64,000 nucleotides of DNA. Origin: an uncultured Veillonellaceae bacterium. GTDB lineage: Bacteria > Bacillota > Negativicutes > JARBTT01. The position numbers and the translations under genes are program-made. The DNA lies in assembly GCA_963805085.1 (NCBI GenBank), contig CAWDTA010000002.1, forward strand, positions 1,408,001-1,472,000. Reading direction: 5' to 3'. This document shows, in pieces, positions 42,602-52,138 of the stretch. Within the stretch, counting starts at the first letter, position 1. Every line of letters starts with the position of its first letter. The notes under the pieces were generated by a model that worked only from the letters and a program-made list of their open reading frames with translations, was not told where the DNA came from and did no database searches.

Positions 42602-43171
42602 ATGGATTTTGAAAAAATTTATTTGTATAAATTGTTACATAAAAAAGACGCAAGCTATGGAAGTTCATCGATAGAATATCTGCCGGAAATTCTATCAATG
42701 ATAGAACATTTAAAACCCGAAACTATTTTGGACTATGGTTGTGGTAAAGGTGCAGTAGATAAAGCCATACAGGAGTATTGCCCTGACATAAAGATATTTG
42801 GATATGATCCGGCAATAGAGGGCAAGGAGGTTTTGCCGATCGAAAAAGCTGATTTAGTCATTAATACAGATGTTTTAGAGCATATTCCAGAAAAAGAGCT
42901 TCCAATAGTCCTCGAAGATATAAGGAAAATTTCAGAAAAAGTATATTTTCACCTGCATCATGCCAAGGCAATTTGCATTTTGCCCAATGGTGAAAATGCT
43001 CATTGTACGGTGAAGCCGCCAACTTGGTATCATGAATTACTTTCAAGGTATTTTGATATTGTCAATCCTCTGGAAGGACGCGCTGATTTTTTGTCAGTTG
43101 TTTGTACGTTTGATTTGCCGGATGATGTGAAAAATAGATATATGAAGATAGTAGAAGAAAACAAGAAATAA
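42602..43171 (+). CDS. Class I SAM-dependent methyltransferase
   Basis: ILDYGCGKG, GYDP, TDVLEHIP. Confidence 0.85.
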   Translation: MDFEKIYLYKLLHKKDASYGSSSIEYLPEILSMIEHLKPETILDYGCGKGAVDKAIQEYCPDIKIFGYDPAIEGKEVLPIEKADLVINTDVLEHIPEKELPIVLEDIRKISEKVYFHLHHAKAICILPNGENAHCTVKPPTWYHELLSRYFDIVNPLEGRADFLSVVCTFDLPDDVKNRYMKIVEENKK

Positions 43172-43710
43172 GACTAAGTGACGATTATTGTGAAAACAAA
43201 ACCTAAAAAAGGCAATAAAAAACCTAAGCAAATAGAAAAAAATAGGTGTTTATTAAATTTTAATGTGACCTAGGTTATATTTAAATCAGCTATTATTTAG
43301 TGGTGAAGATGATCGTACCTTTAAGGTAATATTTAGGCCATAAAACTCGTTTAATAAGTAGCCCATATAATTTTGTGTAAATTGATTTTCTGAACAAGTA
43401 AGATTTATAAGATAACGTATAGTTTGTAACTGAAAGCATAGCTCTAAAATACCTTGTGATTTTTCTATCCCGATGGCTATAGCGATATTTATATACTAGA
43501 CAGTAAACTAAGGTGGAATTGCGGTATGTCTTATGGAGCAGCAATAAGTCCTGAAAATGACCATATTATTTTCTTTTTTGAGCAATGGTAATCGTTGTGT
43601 AACTGAAAATTCTAAGTTCTAAATGATGAATTCTAAATTTAATATTGTACAACAAGAACATTTATTTTGAAACTTGAAAACTATTCATAAAGATTGGTAG
43701 CAATATCATT

Positions 43711-43859
43711 AAGTAGAATATAAACAATAAAAAGGAAACTCCTGCTGAATTCTGTATGAATTTGGCAGGAGTTTCCTTTTTATGAGAATATGTAAGTTTA
43801 ATATTAAAAACTTGATGACAAGTTGACGGAAAAGGAACGCCCCCACCAGTCCACCTGTC
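43711..43859 (+). repeat. Array element, extended stem
   Basis: AAAAAGGAAACTCC...GGAGTTTCCTTTTT. Confidence 0.93.
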
Positions 43860-43933
43860 TACATTAAAGCAACACGTTTGTTCGAGATGGACTGAAGGAT
43901 TGCCCCTATTGTCTCATATAATGAAGGAAATAT

Positions 43934-44278
43934 TTATATAGTATGGGATTTCGATCGAATATTCAAGTAATCATTACCCCAGTTGCGTATGATAGTTAGT
44001 ACTGGCATGAAACTTTCACCAAGCGTTGTTAATGAATATTCGACTTTAGGCGGAACTTCTCTGTAAATTTCTCGATGGACTAGTCCATCCTGTTCTAGTT
44101 CTCGCAATTGCTGAGTGAGTATTCCCTGCGAAATTTCAGACAATAGCTTTTGCAGTTGATTAAATCTTTTGGTTCCTTGACTCAACTGCCACAATATTGA
44201 AAGCTTCCATTTGCCAGCAATGATGTTTTGCACAGCTAACACAGAGCAATTCCCTTCCTGATAAAGTGATTTTGCCAT
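43934..44278 (-). CDS. HxlR family regulator
   Basis: GKWKL.IL, RFNQL, LTQQLRELE.DGLV.R, PPKVEYSLT. Confidence 0.92.
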   Translation of the reverse strand: MAKSLYQEGNCSVLAVQNIIAGKWKLSILWQLSQGTKRFNQLQKLLSEISQGILTQQLRELEQDGLVHREIYREVPPKVEYSLTTLGESFMPVLTIIRNWGNDYLNIRSKSHTI

Positions 44279-44512
44279 AAATGATCATCCTTCCAATAGC
44301 CAATAGTACTATTTTTGTTAGTATATAATAAAAATATGCGTACTTGCAATAAAAATTATACAGTGATAATCTTTTATTAACTTCCACTAATTATTAATTA
44401 CCAACTAGAGAGCTAAAATCAACCTTGGTATTTTATTCATCAAGGATAAGGTGCTGAAAGAGAAAATTGCTGAGTCCTATTCGTCCTGTAACGCACCAAA
44501 GAAAGGGAACCA

Positions 44513-44947
44513 TTGTCCGTTGATGCCATTATTCTGGGGTCACCTATCTATATGGGAACTGCTACTGGAGAAATGAGATCATTTATGGAGCGGCTTGTAT
44601 TTTCGTACGTAGTATATGATGGAAACTATTCTTCTCTTTTCAAGAGGAAGATACCGACTGGTTTTATTTATACCATGAATGCTACTGAAAGTCAGCTGGA
44701 AGAAAGGGGCCATGTCCAGTCTTTCGAATTGGCTGAAATGATGTTGGTGAGAGCTTTTGGCAAGGTGGAATCGCTTTGTGTTACCGATACGTACCAGTTT
44801 GATGATTATTCTAAATACGTTGCCAGTGCCTTCGACCCGGAAAAGAAAGCTGCAATACGTAAGGAAGTATTCCCGCAGGATTGTGGAAAAGCATATAATA
44901 TGGGGATGCGATTTGTAAAGGAGAGTTTTACAGATTATGGAAAATAG
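44513..44947 (+). pseudogene. Flavodoxin-family protein lacking its N-terminus
   Basis: Starts at DAIILGSPIY; MRSFMERL, YTMN, DTYQFDDYSKY; N-terminal NGSP motif absent. Confidence 0.75.
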
Positions 44948-45188
44948 ATAAAACTCTGCAGAACTTTCGTTCGTGCATTCAAATTTTCTGCCTTGCCGCT
45001 ATCGCCCAGAGTGGGTATGGCACACTATGTTTACTGTCTAGCAAAACAATGGCTCATTAAGTTTTAAAAATGTAATGGAGGCTTAGCTTTGTGACTGCCA
45101 TTTACCGAAAGGTTACTTACAAGGTGGGCGGACGGTTAACGAAAAATTAGGTTGGTTTATATAAAGAACGTACAAGGAGGAAGAGAAA

Positions 45189-46223
45189 ATGGCTAAATCT
45201 TTACGCTCAGCCTTAATACTTATGTCGAGCATATTAATACTAAATATATTCACTTTGTCTGCGTCCGCGGCGATAAATAATAGTGTGATTTTGTCCGGAG
45301 AAAAACTTGAAGTAATTTATAGTCAAGGAACTCATTTAGAAGGACCAGCAGTGGCTCCGGATGGTGAAGTATATTTTTGTGATCTTACGCCCTCTTCATT
45401 AGCTAAAGGTGTACCCTTTGGGGGGCACATCATGAAGTATGATTCAAAAACAGAGAAAGTTACAGTTTTTCGGTCTCCTAGCGGTCAAGCAGACGGACTG
45501 GCCTTTGATGCTGCGGGACGCTTAATTGCGGCAGAAGCGGCGGACAACGGCGGTCGTCGTATAACCGCAACTGATTTGGAAACAGGTAAGGCTGTTATTC
45601 TTGCAGCCGAATTTGATGGCCGGTCTTTAAATTCGCCAAATGATGTTGCGACAGATAAAACAGGTAGAATTTATTTTACTGATCCAAGGTATTTTGGTAA
45701 AGAAGCTATGAATCAAGCTGTCCAAGGAGTGTATCGGATCGATAGAGATGGAAGAATCAGTCTTATTATAGCGAATGCAGGAAAGCCTAATGGGATTGCA
45801 CTTTCACCAGACAAAAAAACTTTGTATATAGATTCTAACGATAACGGTCTGTTTGACTACAGATCGTCAACCGCAGGATTAGCCATCCGTCGCGGCTTCG
45901 ATTGCATTTTTGCCTATGATTTGCTTGAGGACGGAACTGCAAAATTCCGAGAAATAATTTACCAGTCTCCAGGCTTTCGGCCTGACGGCATGAGAGTAGA
46001 TTCGGACGGAAATATCTTTGTCGCCAACTATGATCCATCCCATCCAGGAATTTTGGTGCTTTCTCCTAAGGGGGAAGAGATTGGCTATATTCAAACTCCC
46101 GAGACTGTTACCAACTGTGAGTTTGGAATCGGGGCTGAAAGTAACGTTTTATTCATTACGGGCAATAAAGCACTATACAAGATTGTTACAACTCATCAAG
46201 GGCAGAGAAAAGCATACCAATGA
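45189..46223 (+). CDS. Secreted SMP-30/gluconolactonase family protein
   Basis: Signal peptide; EGP, NSPND, YFTDP, PNGIALSPD, PDGM.VD. Confidence 0.9.
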   Translation: MAKSLRSALILMSSILILNIFTLSASAAINNSVILSGEKLEVIYSQGTHLEGPAVAPDGEVYFCDLTPSSLAKGVPFGGHIMKYDSKTEKVTVFRSPSGQADGLAFDAAGRLIAAEAADNGGRRITATDLETGKAVILAAEFDGRSLNSPNDVATDKTGRIYFTDPRYFGKEAMNQAVQGVYRIDRDGRISLIIANAGKPNGIALSPDKKTLYIDSNDNGLFDYRSSTAGLAIRRGFDCIFAYDLLEDGTAKFREIIYQSPGFRPDGMRVDSDGNIFVANYDPSHPGILVLSPKGEEIGYIQTPETVTNCEFGIGAESNVLFITGNKALYKIVTTHQGQRKAYQ

Positions 46224-46496
46224 ATAGGGGGAGTACCAACGTAGCTGTTACTAAGTGCCGACTCGCTGAATGAAAACTAGAGTGGGAATTTATTAATAAT
46301 CTTGGCATGTACTGAAACTCATATATGAGAATTAAGGCCGACGAAGCCGGTATCTATATGGAGCGTTTTCAATGGCTTTTTAGATGACAGCGGTGTCATC
46401 CTCAGAATGAAATTACAAATTCTTTTAACGTCAACTCTTGCCAAATTTTTATGAATCTTTGATAAATGATTTACAAAGGTTTGGGGAAATATCTCT

Positions 46497-46708
46497 AAAT
46501 ATAATATAAACACTAAAAAGGAAACTCCTGCAGAATTCTGTATGAATTTGGCAGGAGTTTTGAGCTTTTATGAGAATATGTAAATTTAATATCAAAAAGC
46601 GATGGCAGGTTGAGGAGGGCGAAGTGGTGGAGGTACTGTCTTCGGAAAAGGTGCTACGAGGTAAGTACGGTATAAAAAAACAAGACAGAAAGAACCGTCA
46701 CCTTGTCT
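46497..46708 (+). repeat. Array element, long-tail variant
   Basis: Core 46522-46560. Confidence 0.93.
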
Positions 46709-46957
46709 TCTAGATTAGTGTAGGTTTTTGGTTAAGAAGGGGCGTCGGGGTGTGCGAAAACTATTTTTTTATTTTTAATTCTCCCACTTTACTACATAAA
46801 TGGCCTATATTTTGGGATAAATAGCCCCAATATGAACTTAAAGCTAATATTTATCCGCCACTTTTTAGTTTTTGATTTATTGGGTACAGCGTTTTTGTAC
46901 AGTCTGACGTCCCTACCCGTCCTTGAAAATTGAGAATAAAACTGGGGGAAGATTGAA

Positions 46958-47725
46958 ATGAGTAGTTTAATAAGAATAGGAGTAATTGGCGATCTAGATT
47001 TGAAACGGCCATCACACAAGGCGACAAATGATGCGTTACAGCATTGTGCAGATAATTTAGGTGTTAATGTAGAAATACAATGGTTATCTACGGAATCTCT
47101 AGAAGAGCAGTTGCAAATTAGTAATATTGGTAATTATGATGGCTTTTGGTGTGCACCAGGAAGTCCGTATAAGAGTATAAAGGGAGCTTTAAAGGCAATT
47201 CAATTTGCAAGAGAAAATGATTATCCTTTTATTGGAACATGTGGAGGTTTTCAACATGCAGTTATTGAATATGCCCAGAATAAATTAGGCTTAAAAAATG
47301 TACAGCATGCAGAATATGGACCTGGAGATTCAAATTTGTTTATTACAGCATTATCATGTTCGCTGGTTGGAGAAACACGTAAAATTTTTATAAATAGAAA
47401 TTCCATGATTTACAGATTTTACAATGAAACGGATGTTGAAGAACGCTATAATTGCAGTTTTGGACTTAATCCTGATTATCAAAAATTAATAGATGGAAGT
47501 GGTTTTAAAGTAGTTGGCACAGATGAAACAGGTGAGGCAAGAATATTAGAGTTACTCCAAAACAAATTCTTTGTGGGCACATTATTTCAACCGCAGCTAA
47601 GTTCACTACCTACTAATCCCCATAAACTTATCTTAGCATATTTGAGATGCTGTAAGGAATTTCATATTTCTAATTTCCATAGGAAACGCGGGGACAGGGA
47701 TGTTGTTTTCAATAAGGAAACATAG
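46958..47725 (+). CDS. CTP synthase-like glutamine amidotransferase domain protein
   Basis: PGSPY, GTCGGFQH, FFVGTLFQP. Confidence 0.85.
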   Translation: MSSLIRIGVIGDLDLKRPSHKATNDALQHCADNLGVNVEIQWLSTESLEEQLQISNIGNYDGFWCAPGSPYKSIKGALKAIQFARENDYPFIGTCGGFQHAVIEYAQNKLGLKNVQHAEYGPGDSNLFITALSCSLVGETRKIFINRNSMIYRFYNETDVEERYNCSFGLNPDYQKLIDGSGFKVVGTDETGEARILELLQNKFFVGTLFQPQLSSLPTNPHKLILAYLRCCKEFHISNFHRKRGDRDVVFNKET

Positions 47726-47740
47726 TCCCTGTCCCCGTGT

Positions 47741-47844
47741 TTTTATATGAATTTGGCAGGAGCTTTGGGCTTTTATGAGAATAGGTAAATTTAATATCAA
47801 AAAGTTGATGGCAAGGTGACGGAAGAGAAACGTCCCTGATTGTC
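47741..47844 (+). repeat. Array element, right arm and tail, preceded by GGGGACAGGGA...TCCCTGTCCCC hairpin
   Basis: ATGAATTTGGCAGGAGC...AAACGTCCCTGATTGTC. Confidence 0.88.
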
Positions 47845-47998
47845 TTTTTCTTCAGGCTTAAATTATTAAAAAAGATTTGACAGTATACTTTGCTTAATAT
47901 AAGATAAGAATATAAAAGGCGTACTGGAAACGGTTCGCCTAACAAAGTTAATAGAAGCAGTTTTTAAGAAAAACGACCGCTAAACTTGTAGGAGAGTG

Positions 47999-48067
47999 CT
48001 AGCGGTTGTTTTGCGTTACAGTGAGGATTAAAAAAATCATAATGAGTATCATGATTATATTATCCAT
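47999..48067 (-). CDS. Putative type I toxin peptide MDNIIMILIMIFLILTVTQNNR
   Basis: 22-aa hydrophobic ORF with RBS, extended -10 TGCTATAAT upstream, convergent TTGACA-17-TAAGAT promoter (47877-47905). Confidence 0.7.
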   Translation of the reverse strand: MDNIIMILIMIFLILTVTQNNR

Positions 48068-48246
48068 CGGCAACACCTGCCTATGAGGACAGATTGACAA
48101 ACCGCTTCCGTTTTTTAGTACGTCTACATTTGATTATAGCATAAAATGTAAAATTGTGTATATTATAAAGTGGCTTGTTTACTAGAAGATATTTTGTGGG
48201 TGTTTAAGTGATAAATCATGTATAAGTATTGGCAGCAATAACAGTA

Positions 48247-48416
48247 AGAATATAACCACTAAAAAGAAAACTCCTGCTCAATTCTGTATGAATTTGGCAG
48301 GAGTTTTGAGCTTTCATGAGAATATGTAAGTTTAATGTGAAAAGTTGATGGCAAGGTGACAGAAAAGGAACGTCCCCACCTGTCCCCACCTGTCCACTGT
48401 CCCGTCCCCACCTGTC
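48247..48416 (+). repeat. Array element with reiterated GTCCCCACCT end
   Basis: Core 48268-48306. Confidence 0.93.
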
Positions 48417-48488
48417 ATGTCAGAACCATCTTTTTGAGTCTTGTTTTTAATAAATTTAGCGATTATTAAGAAAAAGGAGACAAATGTC

Positions 48489-49118
48489 ATGAAAAATAAG
48501 TATGAGGTAATTGATGAAAGCAAGTGGAAAAGGGCGCTGCACTGTCAAATGTTTAGAAACAGCATAGAACCCTCCTATTGTGTTACCTTCGAATTGGACA
48601 TAACAAATTTCTTGAAGAAAATCAGGACAGCAAATTTATCCTTTACATTTGCGCTTATCTTTGTTGTCTCAAAATGTGCAAACAGTATTGAAGAGTTTCG
48701 ATATCGTTTCCTTGATGGTCAGATTATGCTTTATGATAAGATCGATACAGCTTTTACTTACCTGGATAAGAATACGGAACTATTCAAAGTTGTTAATGTT
48801 GAAATGCAAGACACATTAGAAAGTTATGTTTCTGTAGCGGTTCAAAAAGTTGCAAACCAAAAAGATTATTTTACAGGGCCATTGGGCAATGATGTATTTC
48901 AGTTTTCGCCTATGCCGTGGATATCATATACGCATATTTCACACACAAATTCCGGTAAAAAAGATAATGCCACTCCTTTATTTGATTGGGGAAAATATTT
49001 TGACAGAGATGGGAAAACAATACTTCCCTTTTCCGTTCAGGTACATCATTCTTTTGTGGATGGAGTACATATTGGAAAATTGGCGGATTCTTTGCAAAAT
49101 TATTTGAACAAGTTTTAA
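48489..49118 (+). CDS. cat: Type A chloramphenicol O-acetyltransferase-like protein
   Basis: W.R..H, T.ELDIT, N.IEEFR, S.MPWISYT, P.FDWGKY, LPFSVQVHHSFVDG.H. Confidence 0.8.
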   Translation: MKNKYEVIDESKWKRALHCQMFRNSIEPSYCVTFELDITNFLKKIRTANLSFTFALIFVVSKCANSIEEFRYRFLDGQIMLYDKIDTAFTYLDKNTELFKVVNVEMQDTLESYVSVAVQKVANQKDYFTGPLGNDVFQFSPMPWISYTHISHTNSGKKDNATPLFDWGKYFDRDGKTILPFSVQVHHSFVDGVHIGKLADSLQNYLNKF

Positions 49119-49168
49119 GCTGTGAACATTAGTTTATGGTGTCAACAACCCCGTCCCCTCGACACTAA

Positions 49169-49390
49169 GGCCAAATCCTATGCAATGTAAGCAAAAATGA
49201 TGCACGGGAAAAACTCTATCGAAGTAAAGCGTGCAAAACTTGTTCACATAAAGATGAGTGTACAAAAAATAAACGTGGTCGGCAAATAGTACAGGGAGAA
49301 CAACAGAAAGTAATGGCACGTACGGATGAACGACTAGCAAATAATTTAAAACTTTACAAGCAACGACAAATGATAGTTGAACATCCCTTT
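49169..49390 (+). pseudogene. Internal fragment of IS1182-family DDE transposase
   Basis: CKTCSHKDECTKNKRGRQI...LYKQRQMIVEHPF (manual translation). Confidence 0.7.
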
Positions 49391-49487
49391 GTCCCATTAA
49401 TTTTCCAAACGTGTGAAAATTAATGGGACAAAGGGATGCTTTTTTTATAAATGGAATATTTTCCATGATGTGAGGAGATGAAACAGA

Positions 49488-49856
49488 ATGGAGGAAAAAC
49501 CGATGTATTTACATCTTGGGAAAATTATTGTATTTAAAGAAAAAAGAATTTTATTTAAAAAATCATCTGAAATATTTTATTTTTATGCAAATGACGGTAA
49601 AATCTATGCCGTAGCAAAAGAACGGTATTTGGTTCGAGCTTCTTTGGACTATTTAAGCGTCAGATTGTCCTCATTAAATTTTTTAAGGTGCCATAAAAAC
49701 TATCTAGTCAACCTAGCCAAAATCGAAGAGATTATTCCGTGGTTTAATAGTATTTTACAATTGAAACTTGAATCATATGACGGCACGATTCCCGTTAGTC
49801 GGAATTACCTTAAGAACTTTAAGGAGCAAACTGGACTTTCGATTGTTGCACATTAA
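49488..49856 (+). CDS. LytTR DNA-binding domain protein
   Basis: FLRCHKNYLVNL.KI..I.PW, IPVSR. Confidence 0.88.
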   Translation: MEEKPMYLHLGKIIVFKEKRILFKKSSEIFYFYANDGKIYAVAKERYLVRASLDYLSVRLSSLNFLRCHKNYLVNLAKIEEIIPWFNSILQLKLESYDGTIPVSRNYLKNFKEQTGLSIVAH

Positions 49857-50267
49857 GAGCGGTATTTGTATTTCAACATGTCTATTTTGCATTTCAGAGG
49901 AGATTTATTCTAGTTTTATGAACGATGAAGATAATAGCTTTAGACTCAAATTTTAAAGAGTCGAACGAAAGTCATGACATATAGGAAGGCTTACTATGTC
50001 TGACAACAATCTCCAGGTCATATTTGTGAAGAAAATTTGTTCTATCTTAACAAGCTGCAGAAGGAGTAATTATACATCAGCTATACTCATGTTCTGAACC
50101 GGGGCAGCAAGGGATGCCCGGCTGATTTTTTGTGAGGTGGGTAAGAAAGTGAGAAACCTTTGCAGTTATAGGGTAAGGAGGTGATCATTAAAGCTGGTGG
50201 AGTCCTCGGTGTTTTATCTCAAATTGCAGTTAACAAATTAGCCTGATGAGAAGAAAGGGGAAAAGAA

Positions 50268-50527
50268 ATGACAGATGTAACAGTAAAGATCGTCGGTGGA
50301 ACAGAAAAGGAAAATACCAGCGCAGTGACAATTGGTAATGTAAGGTGGGGGCTGAACGGCACTGCAGATTTTGGTCAAGGACAAAATCTGCAGTGCCGGT
50401 AGGGGATCAAGATTTAACTGTAATCAAAACAACATCACCAAAGAAAATATCAATAAAAATCCAGGTATCAGGAGATGTGCAGATAGTAAATATACAAGTT
50501 AACGACGATGAAATAATAGTTAATTAA
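50268..50527 (+). pseudogene. Small hypothetical beta-rich protein, frameshifted
   Basis: RBS+ATG 50268 (MTDVTVKIVGG...); continuation AVPVGDQDLTV... is in another frame. Confidence 0.45.
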
Positions 50528-50679
50528 CCAAGTATGTTACCACAGTGGACAATTGGGAGTTTCAGTTTTGCTCTAGCTCACAATTGCCGATAGTTTTTGT
50601 GTTAGGCTCTGCCGACAATGGCCACACGGCAGTGACTGATTATATTTATTGTGGCTAATAAATCATATAGGAGGAAAAC

Positions 50680-51205
50680 ATGACTAAGTACAGTGTAAAC
50701 GTGGAATTGGACAATGAGACCTTAGATGCTCTAAAAAATGGTTTTGAAATGCAGGTTTTCAAGGGTGTTAAGGCGCATAGCTATGCACGAGCAAATGGTC
50801 ATTGCCCCAGAGGGATCGACCACCGTGGAGACTGGTTCCTGCAGCAACGTGGCAATTTTGAATAATTCCAGCATCCAGTATGTGGCTGGACTGGGCATGA
50901 GAGGCGGAGATGAGGTATATCACGGAATATGTGGGATCAACTTCTATGCTCACCAGTCACTTAGAATAAAACCACTAGACACTATGTTTCTTGCGATCGT
51001 TCCAGGGACTTTGATTGTTCCGAATATGTCCGTGGAAATTTTGCATCAAATTGGGGTTTTGGTGGATGTGTCTGAAGCGTCGACGAAATCACGATCCATT
51101 TGTTATGATATAAACGCTGGTTGGTTACCTTCTGATAACAGTTGGATCAAACACTATCCAGCCCCATGTCATTTAGGAGAGATATTAATTCAAAAGTTCA
51201 GTTAA
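50680..51205 (+). pseudogene. Hypothetical protein, frameshifted
   Basis: RBS AGGAGG + MTKYSVNVEL...; overlapping ORF 50738-51205 continues in another frame. Confidence 0.45.
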
Positions 51206-51262
51206 AGTTGGTGATTTAGGGTAATTCATACATCTATTTCACAGGCTAACACAAATACCGCT

Positions 51263-51393
51263 AAATATAGTACAAACAATAATTAGGAAACTCTTGCAGG
51301 ATTCTGTATGAATTTGGCAGGAGTTTTAGGCCTTTATGAGAATAGGTAGGTTTAGTATCAAAAATTCGATGACAAAAGAGCGTCCCTGCCTGC
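51263..51393 (+). repeat. Array element
   Basis: Core 51288-51326. Confidence 0.88.
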
Positions 51394-51495
51394 ATGAATT
51401 ATCTTTAAATTATTGTCATATTCTGTTATAATCTATCCTAGACGCATGAAAAAACGGAAGCGGTTGCCATTCTGTCCCCAATTGGGGGTGATAAG

Positions 51496-51558
51496 TTGGA
51501 ACAAGATATTGTTGTTTTAATTTTGATTCTGCTTATCCTAAAAGAAACAAAAAGATAA
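51496..51558 (+). CDS. Putative type I toxin peptide MEQDIVVLILILLILKETKR
   Basis: TTG start after GGGGGTG, extended -10 TGTTATAAT near 51425, convergent TTGATA-17-TATAAT at 51693-51665. Confidence 0.7.
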   Translation: MEQDIVVLILILLILKETKR

Positions 51559-51660
51559 CCGCTATTCCCGACCAAAAGTCTAGCGGTTATCCTTTTTAAT
51601 TAAAAGTAAAGCCTCGAAAGCTTTTTGTTGTCGGCACCGTTTCCAGTGCGTCTTTTATAT
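51555..51660 (-). ncRNA. Putative antisense antitoxin RNA
   Basis: Minus-strand sigma-A promoter 51693-51665; TAACCGCTA...TAGCGGTTA hairpin overlapping the toxin stop; ends approximate. Confidence 0.5.
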
Positions 51661-51784
51661 CGTTATTATACTCGTGTGGTGGTAAAATATCAAGTATATG
51701 ATCAAAGTGAATTTTAAATGTAGGTAAGAAGACAATAGTGGATAAAAATGATTTTTATCTTATGAGATTGTTCTTAATGATGAT

Positions 51785-52009
51785 AAATAGAATATAAACA
51801 CTGAAAAAGCAACTCCTGCTGAATTTTGTATGAATTTGGCAGGAATTTTGCGCTTTTATGAGAATATGTAAATTTAATAGTTAAAAGTAGATAGCAAGGT
51901 TGAGGAGGGCGAAGTGGCGGAGGGAGTGTCTTAGAAAAAAGCAACAAGATAAAATCACCGTCCACAGTCGTTCGAAAATAGTGGGACATGGAACCTGTCC
52001 CCTTGTCCC
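51785..52009 (+). repeat. Array element, full long tail
   Basis: Core 51810-51848; tail to CCTGTCCCCTTGTCCC. Confidence 0.93.
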
Positions 52010-52069
52010 TATAGATGTACTGAAACGGAAGCGGTTTGCTTAATCTGCCCTAAAAGGCAGGTGTTGTCA

Positions 52070-52138
52070 ATGGAGAATATAATCATAATACTTATTATGA
52101 TTTTTTTAATTCTCGTTGAAATGCAAAACAACCGCTAA
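52070..52138 (+). CDS. Putative type I toxin peptide MENIIIILIMIFLILVEMQNNR
   Basis: Paralog of 47999-48067; convergent TTGATA-17-TATAAT at 52258-52230. Confidence 0.7.
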   Translation: MENIIIILIMIFLILVEMQNNR

